A program made the position numbers and the translations under genes. A DNA stretch of 32,000 bases, from the sequence record CM037205.1, one strand, 5' to 3'. Of this stretch, positions 11,792-19,780 are shown piece by piece; the first letter of the stretch is position 1, and each line of letters opens with the position of its first letter. The notes below the pieces were generated by a model. The model saw only the letters and a program-made list of their open reading frames with translations, searched no databases and was not told the origin of the DNA.

Positions 11792-12427
11792 GACGGCTGC
11801 CCGCGCCAAAAGACGAGCCACCGCATACACCTGCGGCAAACTCTCCGGCGAGCCCCACAGCGGGTACGTCCAAGGGGCAGCCGCCAAGGACGCGGAGCTC
11901 GCAGCGCCCCAGCCCACGGTGGGCACCAAGGCCGCGTGCGCCTCGCGGCGCAGCACTTCGGTACCGCGGGGGTGAAGCGCGATCACCAGATCGGGGCGTT
12001 CCCCGCGCGGGTGCCACCCTCGCCAACGGCGGTGCAATCGCGCCAATCGGGGAGAGGGCACCGCACCGCGCCAAGGGAGGCCTCGGCGGTGGGCCTGCAA
12101 ACTGCCCGACACCTGCGTCCAGTTGGTGCACAGCCCTGCGGGCCAAGGTCCCCACAGCGCACTCTGTCCGCTGTGTTGGGCACAGGCGAAGACCAGCGCA
12201 CGGTGCTCGGGCAGGGCGCTGTACCACAGCACGTGGGCGCGCCCTCGCGCGGCGCGCAGCAAGCGCGCGGCGCGGGCGACGCTGCGCTGCAACCTCGCCG
12301 CTTCGCCCATCCAAGGACCACCTTGGCGCACCAGCGCCCAGGGTGAAGCGCGCGGGTCGCGCACCTGCGGGGGACCCAGCACGGGGTCCCCGCGAAGTTC
12401 GGGGGGAAGAGCGGAGGGGGAAGTCAT
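11783..12427 (-). CDS. rps2: Ribosomal protein S2 (highly divergent, Arg/Ala/Pro/Trp-rich)
   Basis: The 214-aa reading starts at ATG 12425-12427 and ends at TAA 11783-11785. By eye it aligns with the S2 family. GDPVLGPPQVRDPRASPWAL corresponds to AGVHFGHQTR.WNPKM.PFIF. WGPWPAGLCTNW corresponds to RWLGGMLTNW. PDLVIALHPRGTEVLRREAHAALVPTVGWGAASSAS...PLWGSPESLPQVYAVARLLARA corresponds to PD.LFV.D...E.IA..EA..LGIPV.AIVDTN.DP..VDY.IPGNDDAIR...L. The patch GGAAAAAAAAAG (minus strand) lies at 12438-12449. No search was possible. Confidence 0.6.
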   Translation of the reverse strand: MTSPSALPPELRGDPVLGPPQVRDPRASPWALVRQGGPWMGEAARLQRSVARAARLLRAARGRAHVLWYSALPEHRALVFACAQHSGQSALWGPWPAGLCTNWTQVSGSLQAHRRGLPWRGAVPSPRLARLHRRWRGWHPRGERPDLVIALHPRGTEVLRREAHAALVPTVGWGAASSASLAAAPWTYPLWGSPESLPQVYAVARLLARAAVLE

Positions 12428-12477
12428 CGTGGACGCGCTTTTTTTTTCCGGGGAAGCCCCATTTGGGGGCACAAGGC

Positions 12478-12550
12478 GTTCGGATAGCTCAGTCGGTAGA
12501 GCGAAGGATTGAAACTCCTTGTGCCGGTGGTTCGAGTCCACCTTCGAACA
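12478..12550 (+). tRNA. trnF: tRNA-Phe (anticodon GAA)
   Basis: 73-nt cloverleaf. Acceptor GTTCGGA/TTCGAAC, D stem GCTC/GAGC, anticodon stem AAGGA/TCCTT with loop TTGAAAC, T arm GGTGG-TTCGAGT-CCACC. Confidence 0.88.
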
Positions 12551-12569
12551 GAAAGAGAGATGCGAGACC

Positions 12570-14585
12570 ATGTACCTCTGCGTCGTGGCCCTGCCCCTGT
12601 GCGGCTTTCTCCTCGCCGCTGGCGCGGGGCGCTGGTTGGGGGGTCGGGGTGCCGCCCTGCTCACCACGGGGGGGGCGGTCCTGGGCTGGGCCCTTTGTTG
12701 CGTGCTCTTCTACGAAGTTGCGCTGTGTGGGAGCCCCTGCTACCTCACGCTCGCGCCGTGGGTGCAGTGCGAGCTCTTCGATGCCACCTGGGGCTTCTGG
12801 TTCGACACCCTCACCGTGGTGATGTTGGTGGTGGTGACCAGCGTCAGCACCCTGGTGCACCTGTATTCCTGGGGCTACATGGCCGAGGACCCTCACCTGC
12901 CGCGCTTTCTGAGCTACCTGAGCCTCTTCACCTTCTTCATGGTGATGCTGGTGACGGGGGACAACTTCCTGCAGCTCTTCCTCGGCTGGGAAGGGGTGGG
13001 ACTGGCGTCCTACCTGCTCATCAACTTTTGGTTCACGCGCCTGCAGGCCAACAAAGCCGCCCTGAAAGCCATGGTGATGAACCGCGTCGGGGACGTCGGC
13101 TTGGCCCTGGGCGTGTGGGGCCTCTTTGCCCTCTTCGGGAGCGTGGAGTACGGAACGGTCTTCGCCTGCGCCAGTCAGGCCACGGGCATGCTCCTTCCTC
13201 TCTGGGGCACGCCCCTGGATGCTCTGAACGTGTGCTGTTTGCTCCTCTTCGTGGGGGCGGTGGGCAAGTCGGCCCAACTGGGACTGCACACCTGGCTGCC
13301 CGACGCCATGGAGGGCCCGACGCCCGTGTCGGCACTCATCCACGCCGCCACCATGGTGACGGCGGGGGTCTTCCTGCTGGCCCGATGCTCGCCCCTCTTC
13401 GAATGCGCGCCCCAAGCGCGCGGGGTGGTCGTCCTGTTGGGAGCAGCGACGGCCTTCTTCGCCGCCACGGCGGGGGTCGTGCAGAACGACCTGAAGCGCG
13501 TCATCGCTTACTCCACCTGTAGCCAGTTGGGGTACATGGTGTTCGCCTGCGGGCTGTCGCACTACGACGTGGGCGTCTTCCACCTGGTGAACCACGCCTT
13601 CTTCAAGGCCCTGCTCTTCCTGGGTGCGGGGTGTGCCATCCACGCCTTCGGGGATGAACAGGACCTGCGCCGCATGGGAGGCGCCCTGCGCCTCTGCCCC
13701 CTGACCTACAGCGCCATGCTGCTGGGTTCCCTGGCCCTGGTGGGTTTCCCCTTCCTGGCGGGCTTTTACTCCAAGGACGCCATCCTGGAGGTGGCCTGCG
13801 CGCAGTACAGCCTCCGCGGGAGCTTCGCCTACGGGCTCGGGGCGATCTCCGCGGGATGCACGGCCTACTACTCGCTCCGCCTGTTGGTGTCGGCCTTCGG
13901 TGCGGCTCCGCAAGGGTCGCGCACCACCTACCGGGCCCTGCACGAGGCCCCTTGGCCCATGGCGCTCCCCCTGGTGCTCTTGGCCGTCGGCAGCCTCACT
14001 TCGGGCTACCTCGCCAAGGACATGATGCTGGGTGCAGGCACAGACTTCTGGCACCAAGCCCTGTACCAGGCCCCAGGGCAAGGTGCAGCGCTGGAGGCGG
14101 AGTACCTCCCGCAAGGGTTGAAGCTTCTGCCCTTGGGCTTCACGCTGAGTGGGGCCGCCTTGGCGGGGGCCCTGCACGCGAACTGGGGCGCTTCCCTTCT
14201 GCGCAAGGCCCGTCATCCCGCCCTGCGCGCTCTGTACGGCTTTTTGAACCAGCGCTGGTTGGTGGATCGCGTGTACAACGCCTACCTGGGGCGGGGGGCC
14301 ATGGCCTTCGGGCACCAGGGCACCTTCCGCACCCTGGACCGCGGGGTGCTGGCCCAGTGGGGCCCCTTGGGGCTGACCCGCACCTTTCGGGACGCGTCCC
14401 AACGAGTCGCGGCGTGGCAGACGGGCTACGTGTACCACTACGCCCTGATCCTGCTTCTGGGGCTTACGGCGCTTCTGGCCTGGGTGGAAGGGCGCGCCTT
14501 TCTCGCCCACTGGGTGGATCCGCGGTTGTACCTTCTGTGGGCAGGGGTCTTTTTGCTGTCCCCCGGGGCGTCCCGAGGCGAGTGA
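12570..14585 (+). CDS. nad5: NADH dehydrogenase subunit 5 (NuoL homolog)
   Basis: The reading starts at ATG 12570 (MYLCVVALPLCGFLLAAG.GRWLG, a typical Nad5 N-terminus) and ends at TGA 14583-14585, giving 671 aa. Conserved blocks are present (GWEGVGLASYLLINFW, GAVGKSAQLGLHTWLPDAMEGPTPVSALIHAATMVTAG, IAYSTCSQLGYM). The 17 codons upstream in the track ORF overlap trnF. Confidence 0.93.
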   Translation: MYLCVVALPLCGFLLAAGAGRWLGGRGAALLTTGGAVLGWALCCVLFYEVALCGSPCYLTLAPWVQCELFDATWGFWFDTLTVVMLVVVTSVSTLVHLYSWGYMAEDPHLPRFLSYLSLFTFFMVMLVTGDNFLQLFLGWEGVGLASYLLINFWFTRLQANKAALKAMVMNRVGDVGLALGVWGLFALFGSVEYGTVFACASQATGMLLPLWGTPLDALNVCCLLLFVGAVGKSAQLGLHTWLPDAMEGPTPVSALIHAATMVTAGVFLLARCSPLFECAPQARGVVVLLGAATAFFAATAGVVQNDLKRVIAYSTCSQLGYMVFACGLSHYDVGVFHLVNHAFFKALLFLGAGCAIHAFGDEQDLRRMGGALRLCPLTYSAMLLGSLALVGFPFLAGFYSKDAILEVACAQYSLRGSFAYGLGAISAGCTAYYSLRLLVSAFGAAPQGSRTTYRALHEAPWPMALPLVLLAVGSLTSGYLAKDMMLGAGTDFWHQALYQAPGQGAALEAEYLPQGLKLLPLGFTLSGAALAGALHANWGASLLRKARHPALRALYGFLNQRWLVDRVYNAYLGRGAMAFGHQGTFRTLDRGVLAQWGPLGLTRTFRDASQRVAAWQTGYVYHYALILLLGLTALLAWVEGRAFLAHWVDPRLYLLWAGVFLLSPGASRGE

Positions 14586-14741
14586 GCTTCTTCCCCCCCG
14601 CCTCGGGGCGCCTGCCCGCTGTCCCCCGGGGGTGCACCGCGCGATCCCGGAATTCGGGGGACGGGCGCACCCCCTCCCCCCTCGCTGTGTCGATCGGTGC
14701 CCGCGGGGCACCGGGGACCGCGTCTCGGAAGGAGAACCCCC

Positions 14742-16190
14742 ATGTCCACGCTTCTGTTGAGCTGTCTCGCCCTGCCCTTGGGGGGCGCCTTGGGGTTGTC
14801 CCTGCTCCCTCGGGCGCGCGGTGAGTGGTTGCGCCTGGGGGCGCTGAGCGTCACCCTGGTCACCTTTTTGCTGAGTCTGCTGCTTTGGGTGGGGTTCGAT
14901 GCTTCCACGGCCGCCTTTCAAGCCACGGCGCGCGTGTCCTGGCTGCCCGGTCTGCACTGGACCGTAGGGGTCGATGGCCTCTCCCTGCTCTTCGTGGTGC
15001 TCACCACCTTTCTGCTGCCCTCCTGCATCCTCGCGGGGTGGACTTTGCCGGAAGCTCGGCTGAAGGAGTATCTGGTCGCCTTTCTGGTCCTCGAATTCTG
15101 CATGTTGGGGGTCTTCGTCACCCTCGATTTGCTGGTGTTCTACCTCTTCTTCGAGGCGGTGTTGCTGCCCATGTTCCTGATCATCGGTCTGTTCGGTTCT
15201 CGCGCGCGCAAGGTGCAAGCCGCCTACCAGTTCTTCCTCTACACCCTGCTGGGTTCCGTCCTGCTGCTGCTGGGCATTCTGCTGCTGTACCTGCAGACGG
15301 GCACGACGGACCTCCAGGTGCTGCTGCAGACCTCCTTCAGCGAGCGCCGTCAAGTGCTGCTGTGGGCCGCCTTCTTCGCGTCCTTCGCCGTCAAAGTGCC
15401 CATGGTGCCCGTGCACATCTGGTTGCCCGAGGCGCACGTGGAAGCCCCCACGGCGGGTTCCGTGATTTTGGCCGGGGTGCTGTTGAAGCTGGGCACCTAC
15501 GGGTTCCTCCGCTTCTCCATTCCCCTGCTTCCTCAGGCCACCCTGTACTTCACGCCCTTGGTGTACACCCTGAGCGTGGTGGCCATCCTGTACACATCCC
15601 TCACGACCCTGCGCCAGGTGGATCTGAAGAAGATCATCGCCTACTCCTCCGTGGCCCACATGAACTACGTCACGCTGGGCCTCTTCAGTCTCAACCTGCA
15701 GGGCGTCGCCGGTAGCGTGATGCTCATGCTCAGCCACGGCTTGGTCTCCCCCGCGCTCTTTCTCTGCGTCGGGGCGCTCTACGAGCGACACCGCACACGC
15801 TTGGTGAAGTACTACGGCGGGTGCGTGCAGGCCATGCCCTTGTTCGCCTTCCTCTTTTTGAGCTTCACCCTGGCCAACCTCAGTTTGCCGGGCACCAGCA
15901 GCTTCGTAGGGGAGTTCCTCATTCTGGTGGGGACCTGGCAGACCCATCCGGGGATGGCCACCCTGGCCGCCCTGGGCATGGTGCTGGGTGCGGCCTACTC
16001 CCTGTGGCTCTACAACCGCGTGGTCTTCGGGCCCACGAAGCCCGCGTACCTGCCCGCGCTCTGCGACCTGCACCGCCGCGAGGTGGCCATGCTTCTGCCC
16101 TTTTGGGGTGCGGTGCTGTGGATGGGCCTGGCACCCCAGGTCTTCTTGGACACGGTGCAGGCCTCCCTGTGCCATTTGGTGCAAGCTTGA
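14742..16190 (+). CDS. nad4: NADH dehydrogenase subunit 4 (NuoM homolog)
   Basis: ATG at 14742 is preceded by GGAAGGAGAA (14727-14736), and the stop is TGA. The 482-aa product contains Nad4 blocks (FFEAVLLPMFLIIG.FG, AFFASFAVKVPMVPVHIWLPEAHVEAPTAGSVILAGVLLKLGTYGFLRF, IAYSSVAHMN). Confidence 0.93.
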   Translation: MSTLLLSCLALPLGGALGLSLLPRARGEWLRLGALSVTLVTFLLSLLLWVGFDASTAAFQATARVSWLPGLHWTVGVDGLSLLFVVLTTFLLPSCILAGWTLPEARLKEYLVAFLVLEFCMLGVFVTLDLLVFYLFFEAVLLPMFLIIGLFGSRARKVQAAYQFFLYTLLGSVLLLLGILLLYLQTGTTDLQVLLQTSFSERRQVLLWAAFFASFAVKVPMVPVHIWLPEAHVEAPTAGSVILAGVLLKLGTYGFLRFSIPLLPQATLYFTPLVYTLSVVAILYTSLTTLRQVDLKKIIAYSSVAHMNYVTLGLFSLNLQGVAGSVMLMLSHGLVSPALFLCVGALYERHRTRLVKYYGGCVQAMPLFAFLFLSFTLANLSLPGTSSFVGEFLILVGTWQTHPGMATLAALGMVLGAAYSLWLYNRVVFGPTKPAYLPALCDLHRREVAMLLPFWGAVLWMGLAPQVFLDTVQASLCHLVQA

Positions 16191-16283
16191 GGGCGGGGGG
16201 GACGCGGCTTTTGTCGCATTTCCCCCGTCGTCGCGCGAGGTCCCCCGGGAGGGGGGCTTGCGCGCGGAAAGGAAGAGGCTCTC

Positions 16284-17771
16284 ATGACTTCCCTGCCGGC
16301 CTTCGCCTTGGATCTTTGGGCCCTCCTGCCGGAGGTCTTCCTCGCCGGTGCCCTGACCGTGCTGTTGAGCTACGGCGTAGCCTACAGCACCTCGCGCGCC
16401 CGCGCGTATCCCCTGTTGGGACGCCCCACCCTGGGCCTCACCCTGTGGAGCGTCGCCTTGACGGCAGGCTTGGTGGCCCATGCCCCTGTGACCCACGCGC
16501 TCCTTTGCGCCCAGGCGTTCCAGGTGGATGCAGCCACCACCTGGGCGAAGCTTCTGTTGTTGGGCGCCACCCTGGGGGCGGGCTTGCTGTCGGGCCGCGA
16601 TTTGGCGCGACAGCGCCTCGCTGCCTTCGAGTACGCCCCATTGATGCTTCTGGCGGTGTTGGGCATGCTGTGCATGGTGAGCAGCGCGGACCTGCTCACG
16701 CTCTATCTGAGTCTGGAACTGCAAGGACTGTGCCTCTACGTGTTGGCCGCCCTCCAACGCACCTCCCCCTTCGCGGCAGAGGCGGGGCTCAAGTACTTCC
16801 TGCTCGGGGCCTTCTCCTCCGGTGTCTTTCTGCTGGGCTGTTCCCTGCTCTACGGCACGACGGGCACCACCCAGTGGCACGCGCTGGCCACCCTGGGCTT
16901 TGGAGGGGGCCAGGCGGAGGTCTCCCCGGCCCTGCTGCTGGGCGTCCTCTGCCTCTTCGTGGGGCTGCTCTTTAAATTGGCCGCGGCGCCCTTTCACGTG
17001 TGGGCACCCGACGTCTACGAAGGAGCACCCACCCCGGTGACCTGCTTCTTCGCCGTAGCGCCCAAGGTGGCGCTCTTTGCGGCCCTGACGCGCCTGGCAC
17101 TACAGAGCTTCTACGAGTTCGCGCTTCCCTGGCAGCAAGGGCTGCTGTTCTGCAGCCTGCTCTCCCTGTTGGTGGGTGCCCTGGGCGCCCTGGCGCAGTC
17201 CCACTTGAAACGACTGCTGGCCTACAGTTCCATTGGGCACGTGGGGTATATGCTGTTGGCCCTGGCTTGCGGCACCTTGGAAGGCGCGCAGGCACTGCAC
17301 GTGTATCTCGCGCTCTACCTGCTCACGGCCCTGTGCAGTTTCGGTGTGCTGCTCGCGCTGCAAGGGGTGCGCGGGGGGCGTCCGCGCATGCTCTCGGACC
17401 TCGCGCAGTTGGGCGGGGCGAACCCCGCCTTGGCCTTCACCTTGGCCATCGCGCTCTTCTCCATGGCGGGCATTCCGCCTTTGGCGGGGTTTCTGGGCAA
17501 GTGGGCAGTCTTCGGCGCAGCGCTCGGGGCGCAGTACTACGGCTTGGCCTTGGTGGGCGTTCTGACCAGCGTGGTGTCCTGCTTCTACTACTTGCGCTTG
17601 GTGAAGGTGTTGTACTTTGAACCGACGCCGCGCTGGGTGAGCTATCACCGCCCGCCCTGGGCGGCCGCCCTCGTGCTGGGCCTCGCCCTGGGAGGACTCC
17701 TCGGGGCGGTACTCTACCCTTCTCCAATCTTCATGGGGGCTCACCGTGCGGCCTTGGCGCTGTGCGCCTAG
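16284..17771 (+). CDS. nad2: NADH dehydrogenase subunit 2 (NuoN homolog)
   Basis: ATG at 16284 is preceded by GGAAAGGAAGAGG (16266-16278), and the stop is TAG. The 495-aa product is a polytopic membrane protein with Nad2 blocks (LGLLFKL.AAPFH.W.PDVYEGAPTPVT.FF, LLAYSSIGHVGY). Confidence 0.9.
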   Translation: MTSLPAFALDLWALLPEVFLAGALTVLLSYGVAYSTSRARAYPLLGRPTLGLTLWSVALTAGLVAHAPVTHALLCAQAFQVDAATTWAKLLLLGATLGAGLLSGRDLARQRLAAFEYAPLMLLAVLGMLCMVSSADLLTLYLSLELQGLCLYVLAALQRTSPFAAEAGLKYFLLGAFSSGVFLLGCSLLYGTTGTTQWHALATLGFGGGQAEVSPALLLGVLCLFVGLLFKLAAAPFHVWAPDVYEGAPTPVTCFFAVAPKVALFAALTRLALQSFYEFALPWQQGLLFCSLLSLLVGALGALAQSHLKRLLAYSSIGHVGYMLLALACGTLEGAQALHVYLALYLLTALCSFGVLLALQGVRGGRPRMLSDLAQLGGANPALAFTLAIALFSMAGIPPLAGFLGKWAVFGAALGAQYYGLALVGVLTSVVSCFYYLRLVKVLYFEPTPRWVSYHRPPWAAALVLGLALGGLLGAVLYPSPIFMGAHRAALALCA

Positions 17772-17824
17772 GGTGGACGCGAGGCGCCCGGAGGGGGGTG
17801 GGCCCTCGGCCCAAGCGCCCGGAG

Positions 17825-17849
17825 GGGGGTGGGCCACAAGCCCACCCCC
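17825..17849. terminator. 10-bp G+C-rich hairpin between the convergent nad2 and cox3 3' ends (possible 3' processing or stability element)
   Basis: GGGGGTGGGC-cacaa-GCCCACCCCC. It lies within a spacer that also holds the 21-nt direct repeat GCGCCCGGAGGGGGGTGGGCC at 17784 and 17815. Function is inferred from position only. Confidence 0.3.
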
Positions 17850-17853
17850 GCGC

Positions 17854-18654
17854 TCAGGCGCCCCCCCACCAGTAGAGGGACACGAAGAGGAAGAGCCACA
17901 CCACGTCCACGAAGTGCCAGTACCAGGCCGCCGCTTCGAATCCCACGTGGTGGGCGGGACGGAAGTGTCCGCGCACCAAGCGAAGCCAGCAGACGGCGAG
18001 GAAAAGGGTGCCCACGATCACGTGGAAGCCGTGAAACCCCGTGGCCAGGTAGAAGGTCGCCCCGTAGACGCTATCGGCGATGGTGAAGGGCGCCTCGGCG
18101 TACTCCACGCCTTGCAGCGCCGTGAAGAGCACGGCGAGACCCACGGTGCAGGCGAGGGCGAGGCGCGCTTGGCGTCCCTGCCCCGCGAGCAGGGCATGGT
18201 GCGCCCAGGTCACGGCCGCCCCCGAGGACAGCAACAGCACGGTGTTGAGAAAGGGCACGCCCCAGGGATCCAATGCCTCGATGCCTTTGGGCGGCCACAC
18301 GGCGCCCAGCTCGATGGTGGGGGCCAGGCTGGAGTGGAAGAAGCCCCAGAAGAAGGCGGCGAAGAACATCACCTCGGACACGATGAAGAGCACCATGCCA
18401 TACTTCAGGCCACGCTGTACCGCCTGGGTGTGATGTCCCTGGTAGGTGGCTTCGCGCACCACGTCGCGCCACCAGACGTACATGGCGTACACCAGCATGG
18501 TGGCTCCCAGGGCGAGGGAAGCCCCGCCCCCGCGATAGGCGTGCATGTACATCACGCCCCCCAGGGTCGTGGCCAAGGCTGCCAAGGAGGCGAAGAGGGG
18601 CCAAGGGCTGGGGTCCACCAGGTGGAAGGGGTGTTTCTGCAGGGCGGAGCGCAC
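17854..18654 (-). CDS. cox3: Cytochrome c oxidase subunit 3, inferred GTG start
   Basis: GTG at 18652-18654 gives [22 protein letters not shown]..., a typical Cox3 N-terminus, and the stop is TGA at 17854. The product is 266 aa. The track ORF extends to a TTG at 18768 inside the 35-bp tandem array. The patch AGAAAAAAAGGAA (minus strand) lies at 18662-18674. Confidence 0.9.
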   Translation of the reverse strand: MRSALQKHPFHLVDPSPWPLFASLAALATTLGGVMYMHAYRGGGASLALGATMLVYAMYVWWRDVVREATYQGHHTQAVQRGLKYGMVLFIVSEVMFFAAFFWGFFHSSLAPTIELGAVWPPKGIEALDPWGVPFLNTVLLLSSGAAVTWAHHALLAGQGRQARLALACTVGLAVLFTALQGVEYAEAPFTIADSVYGATFYLATGFHGFHVIVGTLFLAVCWLRLVRGHFRPAHHVGFEAAAWYWHFVDVVWLFLFVSLYWWGGA

Positions 18655-18685
18655 GATGCGGTTCCTTTTTTTCTGAAGGGCGTCT

Positions 18686-18779
18686 CCCGTCGGGGCAAGC
18701 GCCGAGATCGAGCGCCTTTCCCCGTTGGGGCAAGTGCTGCGATCGAGCGCCTTTCCCCGTTGGGGCAAGTGCTGCGATC
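18686..18779. repeat. 35-bp tandem repeat (about 2.7 copies) in the cox2-cox3 spacer
   Basis: The unit CCCGTTGGGGCAAGTGCTGCGATCGAGCGCCTTTC occupies 18721-18755. An identical partial copy lies at 18756-18779, and a diverged copy (CCCGTCGGGGCAAGCGCCGAGATCGAGCGCCTTTC) lies at 18686-18720. Confidence 0.9.
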
Positions 18780-18780
18780 C

Positions 18781-19551
18781 CTAAGCCTCTTCCAGCTTGT
18801 GGGCGATCCACTGCACGTAGTCCGTCAAGGGCACCGCTTCCACCACGATCGGCATGAAGCCGTGGTTCACCCCGCAGATCTCGCTGCACTGGCCGTAGAA
18901 CACGCCCTCACGCTGCAGGAAGAGAGACACCTGGTTGAGACGTCCAGGCACGGCGTCGCACTTCACGCCCAGAGAAGGGACCGCCCAGCTGTGGAGCACG
19001 TCCGCGGCCGTCAGCAACAGGCGCACGTGGGTGTGCAGCGGTAGCACCACGCGTTGGTCCACCTCCAAGAGGCGCAGCTCCCCCGGGGCGAGGTCCTCCT
19101 CGGGCACCATGTAGCTGTCGTACTGCAGGGCCGGTTCGTCCCCCTCGTTGTAGTCGCTGTACTCGTAGGTCCAGTACCACTGGTGTCCGATGGCCTTCAC
19201 GGTGACGCGAGGATCCACCACCTCGTCCAGGGAGTAGAGCAGGGCGAAGGAGGGAAGGGCGATCACCAGGAGCACGAGGCTGGGCACCACGGTCCACACC
19301 ACCTCGATGGTGGTGCCGTGGAACACCTTGTGCGCCTGAGGATTGCGGGACTGGTGAAAGTGCCACAGGGTGCGGGAGAGCATCCAAAACACAAACCCCA
19401 CGATGGCCAGAAGGAAGAAGAAGATGTCGTGGTGCAGGTCCGTGAGGCCCTGCATCACCGGGGTCGCGGGGTCCTGAAAGCCCATCTGCCAGGCCTCGGG
19501 CGCATCGGCACGGGACACGGGCAGCAGGTTGCGCAGGAGCGGGAAAGCCAT
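18781..19551 (-). CDS. cox2: Cytochrome c oxidase subunit 2
   Basis: ATG at 19549-19551 starts the reading (MAFPLL...[28 protein letters not shown]) and TAG at 18781 ends it. The 256-aa product contains the CuA site [13 protein letters not shown]. Confidence 0.95.
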   Translation of the reverse strand: MAFPLLRNLLPVSRADAPEAWQMGFQDPATPVMQGLTDLHHDIFFFLLAIVGFVFWMLSRTLWHFHQSRNPQAHKVFHGTTIEVVWTVVPSLVLLVIALPSFALLYSLDEVVDPRVTVKAIGHQWYWTYEYSDYNEGDEPALQYDSYMVPEEDLAPGELRLLEVDQRVVLPLHTHVRLLLTAADVLHSWAVPSLGVKCDAVPGRLNQVSLFLQREGVFYGQCSEICGVNHGFMPIVVEAVPLTDYVQWIAHKLEEA

Positions 19552-19601
19552 GGGAACTCGCTCTTTCCGGGGGCACCGCCCGCCGAGGGCGCTGCGGTCC
19601 C

Positions 19602-19673
19602 CTCCCCAGGTTGGGTTCGAACCAACGGCGATGCGGTTAACAGCCGCACGCTCTACCGCTGAGCTACTGGAGA
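19602..19673 (-). tRNA. trnN: tRNA-Asn (anticodon GUU)
   Basis: Read on the minus strand: acceptor TCTCCAG/CTGGGGA (one G-U pair), D stem GCTC/GAGC, anticodon stem TGCGG/CCGCA with loop CTGTTAA, T arm GTTGG-TTCGAAC-CCAAC. Confidence 0.85.
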
Positions 19674-19751
19674 TCGGGCGGGGAATACGCCCGTAGATCG
19701 GGCGGGGAATACGCCCGTAGATCGGGCGGGGAATACGCCCGTAGATCGGGC
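19671..19751. repeat. 24-bp tandem repeat (about 3.4 copies) between nad6 and trnN; the first unit overlaps the trnN 5' end by 3 nt
   Basis: The unit AGATCGGGCGGGGAATACGCCCGT occurs at 19671, 19695 and 19719, with a partial copy at 19743-19751. Each unit folds as GGGCG-gggaata-CGCCC. Confidence 0.9.
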
Positions 19752-19780
19752 AGGCACAGGCCCATCGATCGGGCGAGTGT

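Noticed and set aside
12489-16997. A 1502-aa ORF on the minus strand, the longest in the track, which could be mistaken for a giant novel protein.
   Set aside because: It is exactly antisense to nad5, nad4 and nad2 and runs straight through their spacers. The translation is low-complexity (Q/G/H/E/R/P-rich) with no recognisable motif. Long antisense frames are expected when sense codons are GC3-saturated.
19671-19751. The regularly spaced repeats at 19671-19751, 18686-18779, 9829-9903 and 23949-23994 were considered as CRISPR arrays.
   Set aside because: The units are directly adjacent with no unique spacers, there are only 2-3.4 copies, there are no cas genes, and the context is organellar. 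They are simple tandem duplications.
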